Below are positions 50,245-58,349 of a stretch of 59,489 bases of DNA, piece after piece. The DNA lies in assembly GCA_011389535.1 (NCBI GenBank), contig JAABUE010000001.1, positions 1 to 59,489 of the forward strand, in the 5' to 3' direction. Both the position numbers and the translations under genes were made by a program. The notes under the pieces were generated by a model, which searched no databases, was not told where the DNA came from, and saw nothing but the letters and a program-made list of their open reading frames with translations. Numbering within the stretch: the first letter of the stretch is position 1; every line of letters begins with the position of its first letter. Origin of the DNA: Anaerolineales bacterium. Its GTDB lineage: Bacteria > Chloroflexota > Anaerolineae > Anaerolineales > Villigracilaceae.

Positions 50245-50280
50245 TTTCGTTTATCTCGACTAGCCCCATCTGTAACCCCA

Positions 50281-50310
50281 AGCCCCCGGTCAGCCGGGGG
50301 CTTTGTTTTT
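50281..50310 (+). terminator. Intrinsic terminator (attenuator) upstream of hisG
   Basis: A 9-bp GC-rich stem (agcccccgg / ccgggggct) with a tcag loop, followed by ttgttttt. Confidence 0.75.
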
Positions 50311-50325
50311 GGCCCCCCTCCAGTT

Positions 50326-50363
50326 CCCCCCATTTTCCGCGAACTTCAGCGGAAAATGGGGGG
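50326..50363. repeat. Perfect 15-bp hairpin in the hisG 5' region (G/C-run element)
   Basis: Arms ccccccattttccgc / gcggaaaatgggggg around an 8-nt loop. It is followed by gggagaggggtcaggggtaaggg, which resembles the G-run element at 51425-51476. Confidence 0.8.
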
Positions 50364-50416
50364 AGAGCGAGACAAAAAGGGAGAGGGGTCAGGGGTAAGG
50401 GTAGTTTAGGATTATT

Positions 50417-51412
50417 ATGAACCAACGCCCGCTCCGCCTTTCCATCCCGTCCAAAGGCCGTCTCTCGGAAGACAGCCTGAACTTCCTGGCTGCCTGCGGG
50501 TTGGAAGTGTATAAGCCCAACCCGCGCCAGTACGAGGCCAGCATCCCGTCGGTGCCAGGGCTGACTATCCTCTTCCAGCGCCCGGCCGATATCGTCATCT
50601 CGGTCCGCAACGGCAGCGTGGACTTCGGGATCACCGGCCTTGACGTGCTGGCCGAATATCGCGGCCCGAACGGTAATATCCTCCCGGTCCACTCCGCGCT
50701 TGGGTTTGGGGCCTGTTCCCTGGACGTGATTGTCCCCGACACCTGGACCGACGTCAACCGGATGAGCGACCTTTCGCGGGTGCAGGCCAAGACCGGGCGT
50801 CCGTTGCGCGTGGCAACCAAGTTCCCCAACGCGGCTGCGCCCTTCTTCGCCCAAAATGGCCTCACCCAGGTAAACTTTATCGCCTCGGAAGGCACGCTCG
50901 AAATCGCGCCTACCATCGGCTACGCCGACCTGATCACCGACCTGGTCTCCACCGGCACCACCCTGCGTGATAACCACTTGAAACGCCTTGAAGACGGCCA
51001 GATCCTGTCGTCACAGGCCTGCCTGATCGCCAACCGTGCTGCGCTTATGGCTAACCCCGAAGCGCTCGCGATCGCCAAAACCCTGCTCGAGTATATTGTC
51101 GCCCACCTGCGCGCCAGGGAAGCCGTCTCGGTCTTTGTCAACATGCGCGGCGGCTCGCCCGAATCCATCGCCCGCAGCATGTTCACCCAAAAAGTCATCG
51201 GCGGCCTGCAAGGACCCACCTTTTCGCCCGTCATTACCCGCCAGGGAGAGCAGTGGTATGCAGCCCATCTTGTCGTCCGCAAGGACCAGCTTGCGCAGGC
51301 CATCGCCGAACTGCGCTCCATCGGCGGCAGCGGCGTGGTTGTCGCACCGGTGACCTATATTTTCGAAGAAGAACCAGAAGAATACCGCGCTATGTTGGAG
51401 GCGCTGAGGTAG
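50417..51412 (+). CDS. hisG: ATP phosphoribosyltransferase, long form with C-terminal regulatory domain
   Basis: 331 aa with [11 protein letters not shown] and [10 protein letters not shown] motifs and a C-terminal HisG_C-like domain. Confidence 0.9.
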   Translation: MNQRPLRLSIPSKGRLSEDSLNFLAACGLEVYKPNPRQYEASIPSVPGLTILFQRPADIVISVRNGSVDFGITGLDVLAEYRGPNGNILPVHSALGFGACSLDVIVPDTWTDVNRMSDLSRVQAKTGRPLRVATKFPNAAAPFFAQNGLTQVNFIASEGTLEIAPTIGYADLITDLVSTGTTLRDNHLKRLEDGQILSSQACLIANRAALMANPEALAIAKTLLEYIVAHLRAREAVSVFVNMRGGSPESIARSMFTQKVIGGLQGPTFSPVITRQGEQWYAAHLVVRKDQLAQAIAELRSIGGSGVVVAPVTYIFEEEPEEYRAMLEALR

Positions 51413-51424
51413 CTACGAACCTAA

Positions 51425-51476
51425 CCCCCGTCCCTTCGGGACACCCCCTTCCCTGGTAGGGAAGGGGGCCGGGGGG
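51425..51476. repeat. G/C-run hairpin element between hisG and hisD
   Basis: Hairpin gtccc-ttc-gggac, then a 10-bp stem (cccccttccc / gggaaggggg) with loop tggta. Confidence 0.8.
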
Positions 51477-51497
51477 ATAGGTCAAAAGGAGAACTCT

Positions 51498-52847
51498 ATG
51501 CTCAAAATCTACGATGTCGAAACAGCCAAAAAAACCATCCTCAAACGCATCCCTCCCGACGAAACCGTTGTACCCCCTAGCATGCTCGAGCGCATCGCCG
51601 AAACCTTTGGCGAACGCATCAGCGCTGAGGAGGCCGTGCGGCGCATCCTACGGGACGTGCGAACACGCGGCGAAGCTGCCCTGCGAGACTGGTCTGCCAA
51701 GTTGGATGGCTTTCCCACAGATGCCCCGCTTCGTGTCCCGGAGGAGCAGCTTGCTTCCGCTTTGGAGACCTTACCTGCCCTCGACCGGGAAGCGCTCGAG
51801 CTGGCCGCTTATCGAATCCGCGAGTTCCATCGTCGCCAGCCATTGACCTCCTGGTTCACCAACGACTTAGGCGGTACACTTGGACAGATCATCCGCCCGC
51901 ACGCGCGCGTTGGGCTGTATGTCCCCGGCGGGACGGCTCCCCTGCCCTCGTCCGTTTTGATGTCCGCTATCCCGGCGCAGGTCGCAGGTGTTAAAGATAT
52001 TGTCGTCGTCACCCCGCCGCTCCGCCAGCCCGGCCAGTCATCGAACCTCGACTCTCTAGTCTCCCCCATCATCCTGGCTGCCTGTGCCCTTTGTGGTATC
52101 ACTGAGGTCTATGCGCTCGGCGGTGCGCAGGCCATCGCCGCCCTGGCATATGGAACGGACTCCGTCCCCGCCGTGGACAAGATATTCGGCCCCGGCAACC
52201 TCTTCGTTACACTTGCCAAACGCCAGGTCTTCGGCGCGGTCGGAATCGACGGCCTCGCCGGCCCCACCGAGACGGTCGTTATCGCAGATGAAACGGCCAG
52301 GCCCGCCTGGGTTGCCTCCGACCTGCTGGCCCAGGCTGAACACGATGTACTGGCCAGCGCCATCCTGTTGACGCCCTCGCCCGAACTGGCCGAAGCCGTA
52401 CAGGTCGAACTCGGTCACCAGATGGAAACCCTGCCGCGCGCGGACATACTGGCCCAGTCCCTTCCCGGCCAGAGTGGTATCGTGGTCACCAAAAATCTTT
52501 ACGAAGCTGTCACGCTCAGCAATGCTTATGCGCCCGAGCATCTCTGCCTGGCCGTGGCCGATCCATGGCCTTTGAGCGAAATGATCACCAACGCTGGCGG
52601 CATCTTCATAGGCGAACATTCCTTCGAAGTGCTGGGCGATTATGTCGCCGGGCCAAGCCACGTCATGCCCACTGGCGGCAGCGCGCGCTTCGCCTCCCCG
52701 CTCAACGTGTGGGATTTCGTCCACATCGTCAGCCTGATCGCGCTCAACCCCGCCACCACCGCCGAGATCGCCCCTCTGGCCGCTCGCATCGCCCGAGCCG
52801 AAAGTCTTGAAGCGCATGCTCGTTCGGCAGACTTCAGGGCAAAATAA
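51498..52847 (+). CDS. hisD: Histidinol dehydrogenase
   Basis: 449 aa with RBS aaggag and typical motifs ([31 protein letters not shown]). Confidence 0.95.
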   Translation: MLKIYDVETAKKTILKRIPPDETVVPPSMLERIAETFGERISAEEAVRRILRDVRTRGEAALRDWSAKLDGFPTDAPLRVPEEQLASALETLPALDREALELAAYRIREFHRRQPLTSWFTNDLGGTLGQIIRPHARVGLYVPGGTAPLPSSVLMSAIPAQVAGVKDIVVVTPPLRQPGQSSNLDSLVSPIILAACALCGITEVYALGGAQAIAALAYGTDSVPAVDKIFGPGNLFVTLAKRQVFGAVGIDGLAGPTETVVIADETARPAWVASDLLAQAEHDVLASAILLTPSPELAEAVQVELGHQMETLPRADILAQSLPGQSGIVVTKNLYEAVTLSNAYAPEHLCLAVADPWPLSEMITNAGGIFIGEHSFEVLGDYVAGPSHVMPTGGSARFASPLNVWDFVHIVSLIALNPATTAEIAPLAARIARAESLEAHARSADFRAK

Positions 52848-52857
52848 CCACAAAGAG

Positions 52858-52925
52858 TATAGAGCTTACAGAGAAATAATAAAAAAAGTCTCTGTGCTCC
52901 CCGTGGACTCTGTGGTGAAAAGAGG
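52858..52925. repeat. Palindromic intergenic repeat (CCAC...GTGG type) between hisD and hisC
   Basis: Arms ccacaaagagtatagagcttacagag / ctctgtgctccccgtggactctgtgg around an A-rich loop. Confidence 0.8.
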
Positions 52926-52929
52926 TACC

Positions 52930-54003
52930 ATGCAACTTCCTGCTCATGTTCAAAACCTGACCGCCTACGTCCCCGGCGAATCCGTCGAGAGTCTTGCTGC
53001 CCGCCTTGGACGTTCCCCCGAATCCATCATCAAGCTGGATGCCAACGAGAACAACTATGGTACGCCTCCCGCCGTCTTTCAAGAGCTGGCTGCGCTTGCT
53101 GGAACCCATCGCTACCCCGATGCATCTCAGTCCGAGCTGCGCGCCGCGCTCTCCGCTTATACAGGCGTCCCGGCTGACTATCTGCTGGCAGGCAACGGTT
53201 CCGATGATCTTCTTTCGCTGATTGCACAGGTGCTGCTCCAGCCGGGTGACAGCATCCTGGTCTGCCCACCCACCTTCAGCATGTACGCCTTTTACGCGCG
53301 CTTGAAAAACTGCGATGTCATTAGCGTGCCGCGTCAAGCCGATTTTTCTCTGGACGTGGAGGAGATGATCTCCGCAGTTCAAGTCCACACTCCAAAGATT
53401 CTTTACATCGACACCCCGGGCAATCCAACCGGCTATAGCGTTTCCAGATTGGATATCGAAAGGCTGCTCTCTTTACCAACACTTCTTGTAATAGACGAGG
53501 CTTATCTCGAATTTACCGGATCGAATTCCTGGATAGCAGATGTACCTGCCAGTCAAAACCTGGTTGTGCTGCGCACTTTCAGCAAATGGGCCGGGCTGGC
53601 AGGGTTCCGGGTCGGATACGGCGCGTTTCCCAAATGGCTGGGTGATGCGCTCTGGCATGCAAAATCCCCTTACAACGTGACTGTACCAGCGATGACAGCC
53701 GCACTTGCTGCCCTGAGCGAAGAGGAGTTGCTCCGATCCAACATTGCCCACGTGATAGCGGATCGTGACCGCCTCGCCGATGAACTTCGCAAATTCAACG
53801 GCCTGAGCGTTTATCCATCCGACGCGAATTTCCTGTTGGTCAAAGTAGAGCCAGCCTTTGGCAGGCCGGCTGCAGAAGTTTGCGACCTTCTGAAGGAACA
53901 GGGCATCCTTATTCGCCTGTTCGAGAATATGGATTGCCTGCGCATCACGATCGGTATGACCGACGAAATCGAATCACTGCTGGGTGCGCTGAGTGACCTA
54001 TGA
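52930..54003 (+). CDS. hisC: Histidinol-phosphate aminotransferase
   Basis: The start is placed at [16 protein letters not shown] (52930); the ORF-track N-terminus would read through the repeat. The PLP lysine context is [11 protein letters not shown]. Confidence 0.9.
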   Translation: MQLPAHVQNLTAYVPGESVESLAARLGRSPESIIKLDANENNYGTPPAVFQELAALAGTHRYPDASQSELRAALSAYTGVPADYLLAGNGSDDLLSLIAQVLLQPGDSILVCPPTFSMYAFYARLKNCDVISVPRQADFSLDVEEMISAVQVHTPKILYIDTPGNPTGYSVSRLDIERLLSLPTLLVIDEAYLEFTGSNSWIADVPASQNLVVLRTFSKWAGLAGFRVGYGAFPKWLGDALWHAKSPYNVTVPAMTAALAALSEEELLRSNIAHVIADRDRLADELRKFNGLSVYPSDANFLLVKVEPAFGRPAAEVCDLLKEQGILIRLFENMDCLRITIGMTDEIESLLGALSDL

Positions 54004-54587
54004 GAACAGCTTCTATATCTCGCAAAACCAATGAGACCGACATCCGCATCGAACTCAATCTGGACGGTTCTGGCCAGTTTCAGGTCAATACCGGCATCGG
54101 CTTTCTCGACCATATGCTGACTCACCTCGCTGTCCACGGGCTCTTCGACCTGACTGTCAAAGCAAGCGGCGATCTACACATCGACGTCCATCACACCATC
54201 GAAGACACTGCCCTTGTGCTCGGCTCGGCCTTCGACCAGGCGCTCGGCGACCGTAAGGGTATCGTCCGCATGGCGAGCTGCTACGCTCCGATGGACGAGT
54301 CCCTGGCTTTTGTCGCCCTCGATCTTTCGGGCCGCCCGTATTCCGTAATCGAGGCGGAATGGGGCAGCGCGCCGGTCGGTCGAATTCCAACCAGCCTGTT
54401 CCCGCACTTCTTAGAGAGCTTCGCCATCACAGCGAGATGCAATTTGCACGCGCGTGTGCTCTATGGCCGCGACGACCATCACAAAGCCGAAGCCCTATTT
54501 AAGGCGTTGGCCCGGGCTCTTGATGCAGCAACAGCAATGGACAATCGCCGGGAGGGGAATATCCCATCCACAAAAGGAAGTTTATAA
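54000..54587 (+). CDS. hisB: Imidazoleglycerol-phosphate dehydratase
   Basis: 195 aa with the motifs [10 protein letters not shown] and HHTIED and a C-terminal HHK.EA..KA. It has an ATGA overlap with hisC. Confidence 0.95.
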   Translation: MRTASISRKTNETDIRIELNLDGSGQFQVNTGIGFLDHMLTHLAVHGLFDLTVKASGDLHIDVHHTIEDTALVLGSAFDQALGDRKGIVRMASCYAPMDESLAFVALDLSGRPYSVIEAEWGSAPVGRIPTSLFPHFLESFAITARCNLHARVLYGRDDHHKAEALFKALARALDAATAMDNRREGNIPSTKGSL

Positions 54588-54621
54588 AATACAGGGTTCC
54601 GCTATATTTAAGGAGAAACCA

Positions 54622-55092
54622 ATGTACGACACAATTCACGATTTGCTTGATGCGTTCAGAGCTACGCCTGAGATCCTGGCAGCTTTACTGGATAACGTCA
54701 CCCAGGAACAGGCGGAGTCCGCAAAAGGCGGCGACGAGGGCTGGTCGGTAGTGGAAGTAGTTTGCCACCTGCGTGACGCTGAGGAGATCGCCGTGCAACG
54801 GATGGAAACAATCCGCGACCAGGACGATCCCCTGATCTACGGATATGACCAGGAAGAACTGGCGCGCGAACGCAATTATGCTGCAGACGATTTGCGTTCT
54901 GCCCTGGCGGGTTTCATGAAATTTCGCGAACGCCACATCACCGGGCTATCTGCCCTCACCCCGCAGCAGTGGGAACGCCCCGGCCAGCACAGCGAACTCG
55001 GAACCGTGACGATCATGAATCATACCCAGCATATGGCTGCCCATGATGCAGTCCATTGCGCTCAGATTGCCCGACAATTGGCAAAAAATTAA
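54622..55092 (+). CDS. DinB-family protein
   Basis: The start is placed at MYDTIHD after aaggagaaac. It is a four-helix DinB-like protein with a His triad context (CHLRDAEE, HTQHMAAHDAVH). Confidence 0.65.
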   Translation: MYDTIHDLLDAFRATPEILAALLDNVTQEQAESAKGGDEGWSVVEVVCHLRDAEEIAVQRMETIRDQDDPLIYGYDQEELARERNYAADDLRSALAGFMKFRERHITGLSALTPQQWERPGQHSELGTVTIMNHTQHMAAHDAVHCAQIARQLAKN

Positions 55093-55099
55093 ATAGTTC

Positions 55100-55831
55100 A
55101 TGGAAGCAGGAAAATTATTCACCGTTTTCCCCGCCATCGACTTACGTTCCGGGAAAGTTGTCCGGCTGGCGCAGGGAAACCCGTCCCGGCAGACGGCATA
55201 CGGCGACGATCCGCGTGCCTGGGCCGAACGCTGGCAGGCCGAAGGAGCGGACTGGCTGCACGTCATCAACTTGAGCGGCGCATTTAGCGAAAATACGCAG
55301 GCCAACCTGGAAGCGCTCGAAAGTATTCTCAGCGTTGGCCTGAAAGTTGAGTTCGGCGGCGGCATCCGCGACAAGGATACCGTCCGCATCCCGCTCGAGA
55401 TAGGTGTGGAACGCGTCTTCCTCGGTACAGCGGCCATCCAGAACCCATCCCTGGTGGATTGGGCAGTTGACCGCTACGGACCAGCACGAATCGCGGGTGA
55501 CATCGGCGCGCGGGATGGCAAAGTGATGGTCAAGGGCTGGCAGGAATCCACACCCTTGACCGTGCTCGAAGTTGGGCAACGGCTGCGAAATCAAGGCGTC
55601 GAGTGGTGCGTGCTGACCGATGTCAAACGCGACGGTGTCGGCTCAGGCGTGGATGTCAGCAGCGCAGTAGAGCTTCAGGCAGAGACCGGGCTGCAGGTGG
55701 TCGCTTCGGGCGGCGTTTCTATGCTGGAAGATGTCCGGCATGCCCGGGAAGCGGGGCTGGCCGGCGTCATCATCGGACGGGTACTGTATGAGGGCAGACT
55801 GTCATTGCGAGCCGTCCTGAGCGGAGCGTAG
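55100..55831 (+). CDS. hisA: ProFAR isomerase HisA
   Basis: 243 aa with IDLRSGKVVRL, GGGIRD and VIIGRVLYEG motifs. The last ~10 codons and the stop lie inside the repeat that starts at 55801. Confidence 0.9.
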   Translation: MEAGKLFTVFPAIDLRSGKVVRLAQGNPSRQTAYGDDPRAWAERWQAEGADWLHVINLSGAFSENTQANLEALESILSVGLKVEFGGGIRDKDTVRIPLEIGVERVFLGTAAIQNPSLVDWAVDRYGPARIAGDIGARDGKVMVKGWQESTPLTVLEVGQRLRNQGVEWCVLTDVKRDGVGSGVDVSSAVELQAETGLQVVASGGVSMLEDVRHAREAGLAGVIIGRVLYEGRLSLRAVLSGA

Positions 55832-55936
55832 CGAAGTCGAAGGATGGCGAAGCAATCTCCAATTAAACGGTGAATCATTCCAGTGAAATTTACCCGTTTA
55901 ACGGAAGATTGCTTCGGGCTACGCCCTCGCAATGAC
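55801..55936. repeat. Composite palindromic element (GTCATTGCGAG ... CTCGCAATGAC)
   Basis: Terminal inverted 11-mers sit at 55801-55811 and 55926-55936. Nested inverted repeats include gcgaagcaatctcc / ggaagattgcttcg and aaacgg / ccgttt. An internal gtcctgagcgg...gaaggat segment resembles the 31842 element. Confidence 0.85.
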
Positions 55937-55953
55937 ATGAAACAGGAGTAAAC

Positions 55954-56565
55954 ATGATCACCATCGTTGATTACAAAGCCGGTAACCTGACCTCCGTCAA
56001 GCGCGCCCTCGACCATCTTGGCATCACCAGCCAGATCAGTGCTGACCCGGATATCGTCCGCAAGGCAGAGAAGGTTATCTTTCCCGGCGTGGGGGCGGCG
56101 GGAGCGGCGATGGATGTGCTCAAAGAATGGAATCTTGATTCAGCACTGAAAGCAGCCTTCAAAAACGGGACTCCCATCCTTGGCATCTGCCTCGGCTGCC
56201 AGATCATCCTGACCCATTCGGAAGAGGATGACACCCACTGCCTCGACCTTGTACCTGGCGCCTGTGTTCGTTTTCATTTGAATGATCCGACGCTTAAAGT
56301 CCCGCACATGGGCTGGAATGCTGTGACAGTCACGCAGCCACATCCCATCTTGAGCCATCTGCGCCCTGACGATGAGTTTTACTTTGTACATTCGTTTTAT
56401 CCGCAACTGGCTGACATGGCAAAAGTCTACGCGACAAGCGAATATGGTAGCACTTTCCCTGTAGCAATTGGCACGAATAATCTTTTTGCGGTCCAATTTC
56501 ATGCTGAAAAAAGTGGGCCATTGGGGCTGCGTTTGTTGGAAAATTTTGCAAGATGGAAACCTTAA
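55954..56565 (+). CDS. hisH: Imidazole glycerol phosphate synthase, glutamine amidotransferase subunit HisH
   Basis: 203 aa with the GICLGCQ catalytic Cys and a C-terminal FHAEKS (His/Glu). Confidence 0.95.
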   Translation: MITIVDYKAGNLTSVKRALDHLGITSQISADPDIVRKAEKVIFPGVGAAGAAMDVLKEWNLDSALKAAFKNGTPILGICLGCQIILTHSEEDDTHCLDLVPGACVRFHLNDPTLKVPHMGWNAVTVTQPHPILSHLRPDDEFYFVHSFYPQLADMAKVYATSEYGSTFPVAIGTNNLFAVQFHAEKSGPLGLRLLENFARWKP

Positions 56566-56635
56566 ATCTGTTGTTATTGCAGGAAGGGCGCAACCCAATA
56601 AAGCAAGTTCAAAACTACATTGGGGTAACCCTAAA

Positions 56636-56678
56636 CAGAAGATTGCCACGCCGCCAACGAACGGCGGCTCGCAATGAC
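56636..56678. repeat. Half copy of the CTCGCAATGAC element upstream of hisF
   Basis: cagaagattgcc...ggctcgcaatgac. The 18-mer gctcgcaatgacatgaaa is shared with the hisH upstream region (55925-55942). It contains the hairpin gccgcc-aacgaac-ggcggc. Confidence 0.8.
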
Positions 56679-56695
56679 ATGAAAGTGAGAGGATA

Positions 56696-57475
56696 ATGTT
56701 ATCCAAACGCATCATCTCTTGCCTGGACGTGCGCGACGGCAAACTGGCGAAATCCGTCAAATTCGTGGATACTAAAGACATCGGCGACCCGATCGGGCAG
56801 GCCAAAAAATATTATGAAGACGGCCTTGACGAGCTGGTCTTCTACGACATCACAGCTTCCAGTGACAGGCGCGACATCATGATCGACGTGGTCAGCCGCG
56901 TGGCGGAACAGGTCTTTATCCCCTTTTCGGTGGGCGGCGGCCTGCGGACGGTGGATGACTGTAGCCGCGTGCTACTGGCTGGAGCGGAGAAGGTCAACGT
57001 CAATTCGGCAGCGGTCAAAAGACCGGAATTGATCTCGGAAGCATCGAAGGCTTTCGGGGCGCAGGCAGTGGTGCTCTCGATGGACGTATTACACGTTGAC
57101 CCATCCGCTCAAATCCCCAGCGGATACGAGATCGTCATTAACGGCGGTCGCACACCGATGGGACTGGATGCCATCCGGTGGGCACAACGCGGCGAGGAAT
57201 TGGGCGCGGGCGAGCTGGTGGTCAACTCGATCGACGCCGACGGCACCAAGCAAGGCTACGAACTGATCCTGACGCGCTTGATTGCCGAAGCCGTGTCTAT
57301 CCCGGTGATCGCTTCGGGCGGCGGCGGGAAGCCGGAGCATCTCTACGCTGTGCTGACCGAGGGAAAAGCGGATGCCGCCCTGGTTGCGTCCATGTTGCAT
57401 TATGGGGAATATACGGTTGGGGAGATAAAAGCCTATCTAGTGGGAAGGGGATTAAAGATTCGCATGGTTAATTGA
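56696..57475 (+). CDS. hisF: Imidazole glycerol phosphate synthase cyclase subunit HisF
   Basis: 259 aa with the motifs [15 protein letters not shown] and IASGGGG. Confidence 0.95.
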   Translation: MLSKRIISCLDVRDGKLAKSVKFVDTKDIGDPIGQAKKYYEDGLDELVFYDITASSDRRDIMIDVVSRVAEQVFIPFSVGGGLRTVDDCSRVLLAGAEKVNVNSAAVKRPELISEASKAFGAQAVVLSMDVLHVDPSAQIPSGYEIVINGGRTPMGLDAIRWAQRGEELGAGELVVNSIDADGTKQGYELILTRLIAEAVSIPVIASGGGGKPEHLYAVLTEGKADAALVASMLHYGEYTVGEIKAYLVGRGLKIRMVN

Positions 57476-57476
57476 A

Positions 57477-57540
57477 CCGCAAAGAGGCAAAGAACGCGAA
57501 GGAAAAAAGGCTCTCTTTGCGCCCTTCGCGAGCTTCGCGG
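57477..57540. repeat. Palindromic intergenic repeat (CCGC...GCGG variant) between hisF and hisI
   Basis: Arms ccgcaaagaggcaaagaacgcgaagg / ctctctttgcgcccttcgcgagcttcgcgg around the loop aaaaaagg. Confidence 0.8.
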
Positions 57541-57556
57541 TTCGTTTTGGAGTTCT

Positions 57557-57871
57557 ATGGAAAACCTGAAATTCGATTCGAATGGACTAATTGCCACCGT
57601 CGTTCAGGATGCCACTACCAAAGATGTCTTGATGGTGGCATGGATGAACGCTGAGTCGCTGCAAAAGACCATCGAGAACGGCGAAACCTGGTTCTGGAGC
57701 CGTTCGCGGCAGGGACTATGGCACAAGGGCGAGACATCCGGTAACACACAGAAGGTAGTCGAAATCCGCTATGACTGTGATGGCGATACACTGCTGGTGT
57801 TGGTGGAGCCTGCCGGGCCGGCTTGCCATACGGGGGCGGTATCATGTTTTTATCGAGCACTGTCGGTTTAA
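57557..57871 (+). CDS. hisI: Phosphoribosyl-AMP cyclohydrolase
   Basis: 104 aa with [23 protein letters not shown] and CDGD...CHTG motifs. Confidence 0.9.
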   Translation: MENLKFDSNGLIATVVQDATTKDVLMVAWMNAESLQKTIENGETWFWSRSRQGLWHKGETSGNTQKVVEIRYDCDGDTLLVLVEPAGPACHTGAVSCFYRALSV

Positions 57872-57878
57872 AGGCGTG

Positions 57879-57936
57879 TTTACCTGTCTCCGCGATTAGG
57901 CGTATACAAGTAGACAGGTAAATAGGTAGACAAGTA
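57879..57936. repeat. Inverted and direct repeat between hisI and hisE
   Basis: An 11-bp inverted repeat (tttacctgtct / agacaggtaaa) with a 22-nt loop, then direct repeats gtagacaggtaaatag and gtagacaagtag. Confidence 0.75.
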
Positions 57937-57953
57937 GCCTTAGGAGGCATTGA

Positions 57954-58229
57954 ATGAATTTGAACCAACTTTACAACATCATCCTCGACCGCAAAGAAAA
58001 CCCGACCGAAGTCTCGTATACTGCCTCCCTGTTTGCCAAAGGCCTGCCGCTCATTGCCCAGAAAGTCGGCGAAGAAGGCACCGAGGTGGTTGTGGCTGCG
58101 CTCTCGCAGGAGAACGAGCGTCTCGTCGAGGAGATCGCTGACCTGGCGTATCACGTCCTGGTGTTGATGGCCGCCAAAGGTGTCACGCCCGTGGAGGTGG
58201 CCGGGGAGCTGGAAAAACGTCATAAATAA
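57954..58229 (+). CDS. hisE: Phosphoribosyl-ATP pyrophosphatase
   Basis: 91 aa with RBS taggagg and the motifs SYTASLF, KVGEEGTEV and EIADLAYHVLVLM. Confidence 0.9.
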   Translation: MNLNQLYNIILDRKENPTEVSYTASLFAKGLPLIAQKVGEEGTEVVVAALSQENERLVEEIADLAYHVLVLMAAKGVTPVEVAGELEKRHK

Positions 58230-58291
58230 TGGAAGCAGCTTAGGGCGGGGTTTGAACGAGGGGAGAAGGACAAAGCCGGGAAATTCGTCCA

Positions 58292-58319
58292 TTGACGCGG
58301 GATAAAGAGCGGGTATAGT
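58292..58319 (+). promoter_or_regulatory. Candidate promoter upstream of the flavoprotein gene
   Basis: TTGACG (58292-58297), 16-nt spacer, TATAGT (58314-58319). Confidence 0.4.
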
Positions 58320-58349
58320 ATCCCCATCCCAATTCGCAGGAAAAGAAGC

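Noticed and set aside
50175-50416. T-box or other riboswitch upstream of hisG.
   Set aside because: No GGGTGGTACCGCG-like T-box sequence or specifier-loop architecture was found. The leader before the terminator is only about 110 nt long, so the leader-peptide model fits better.
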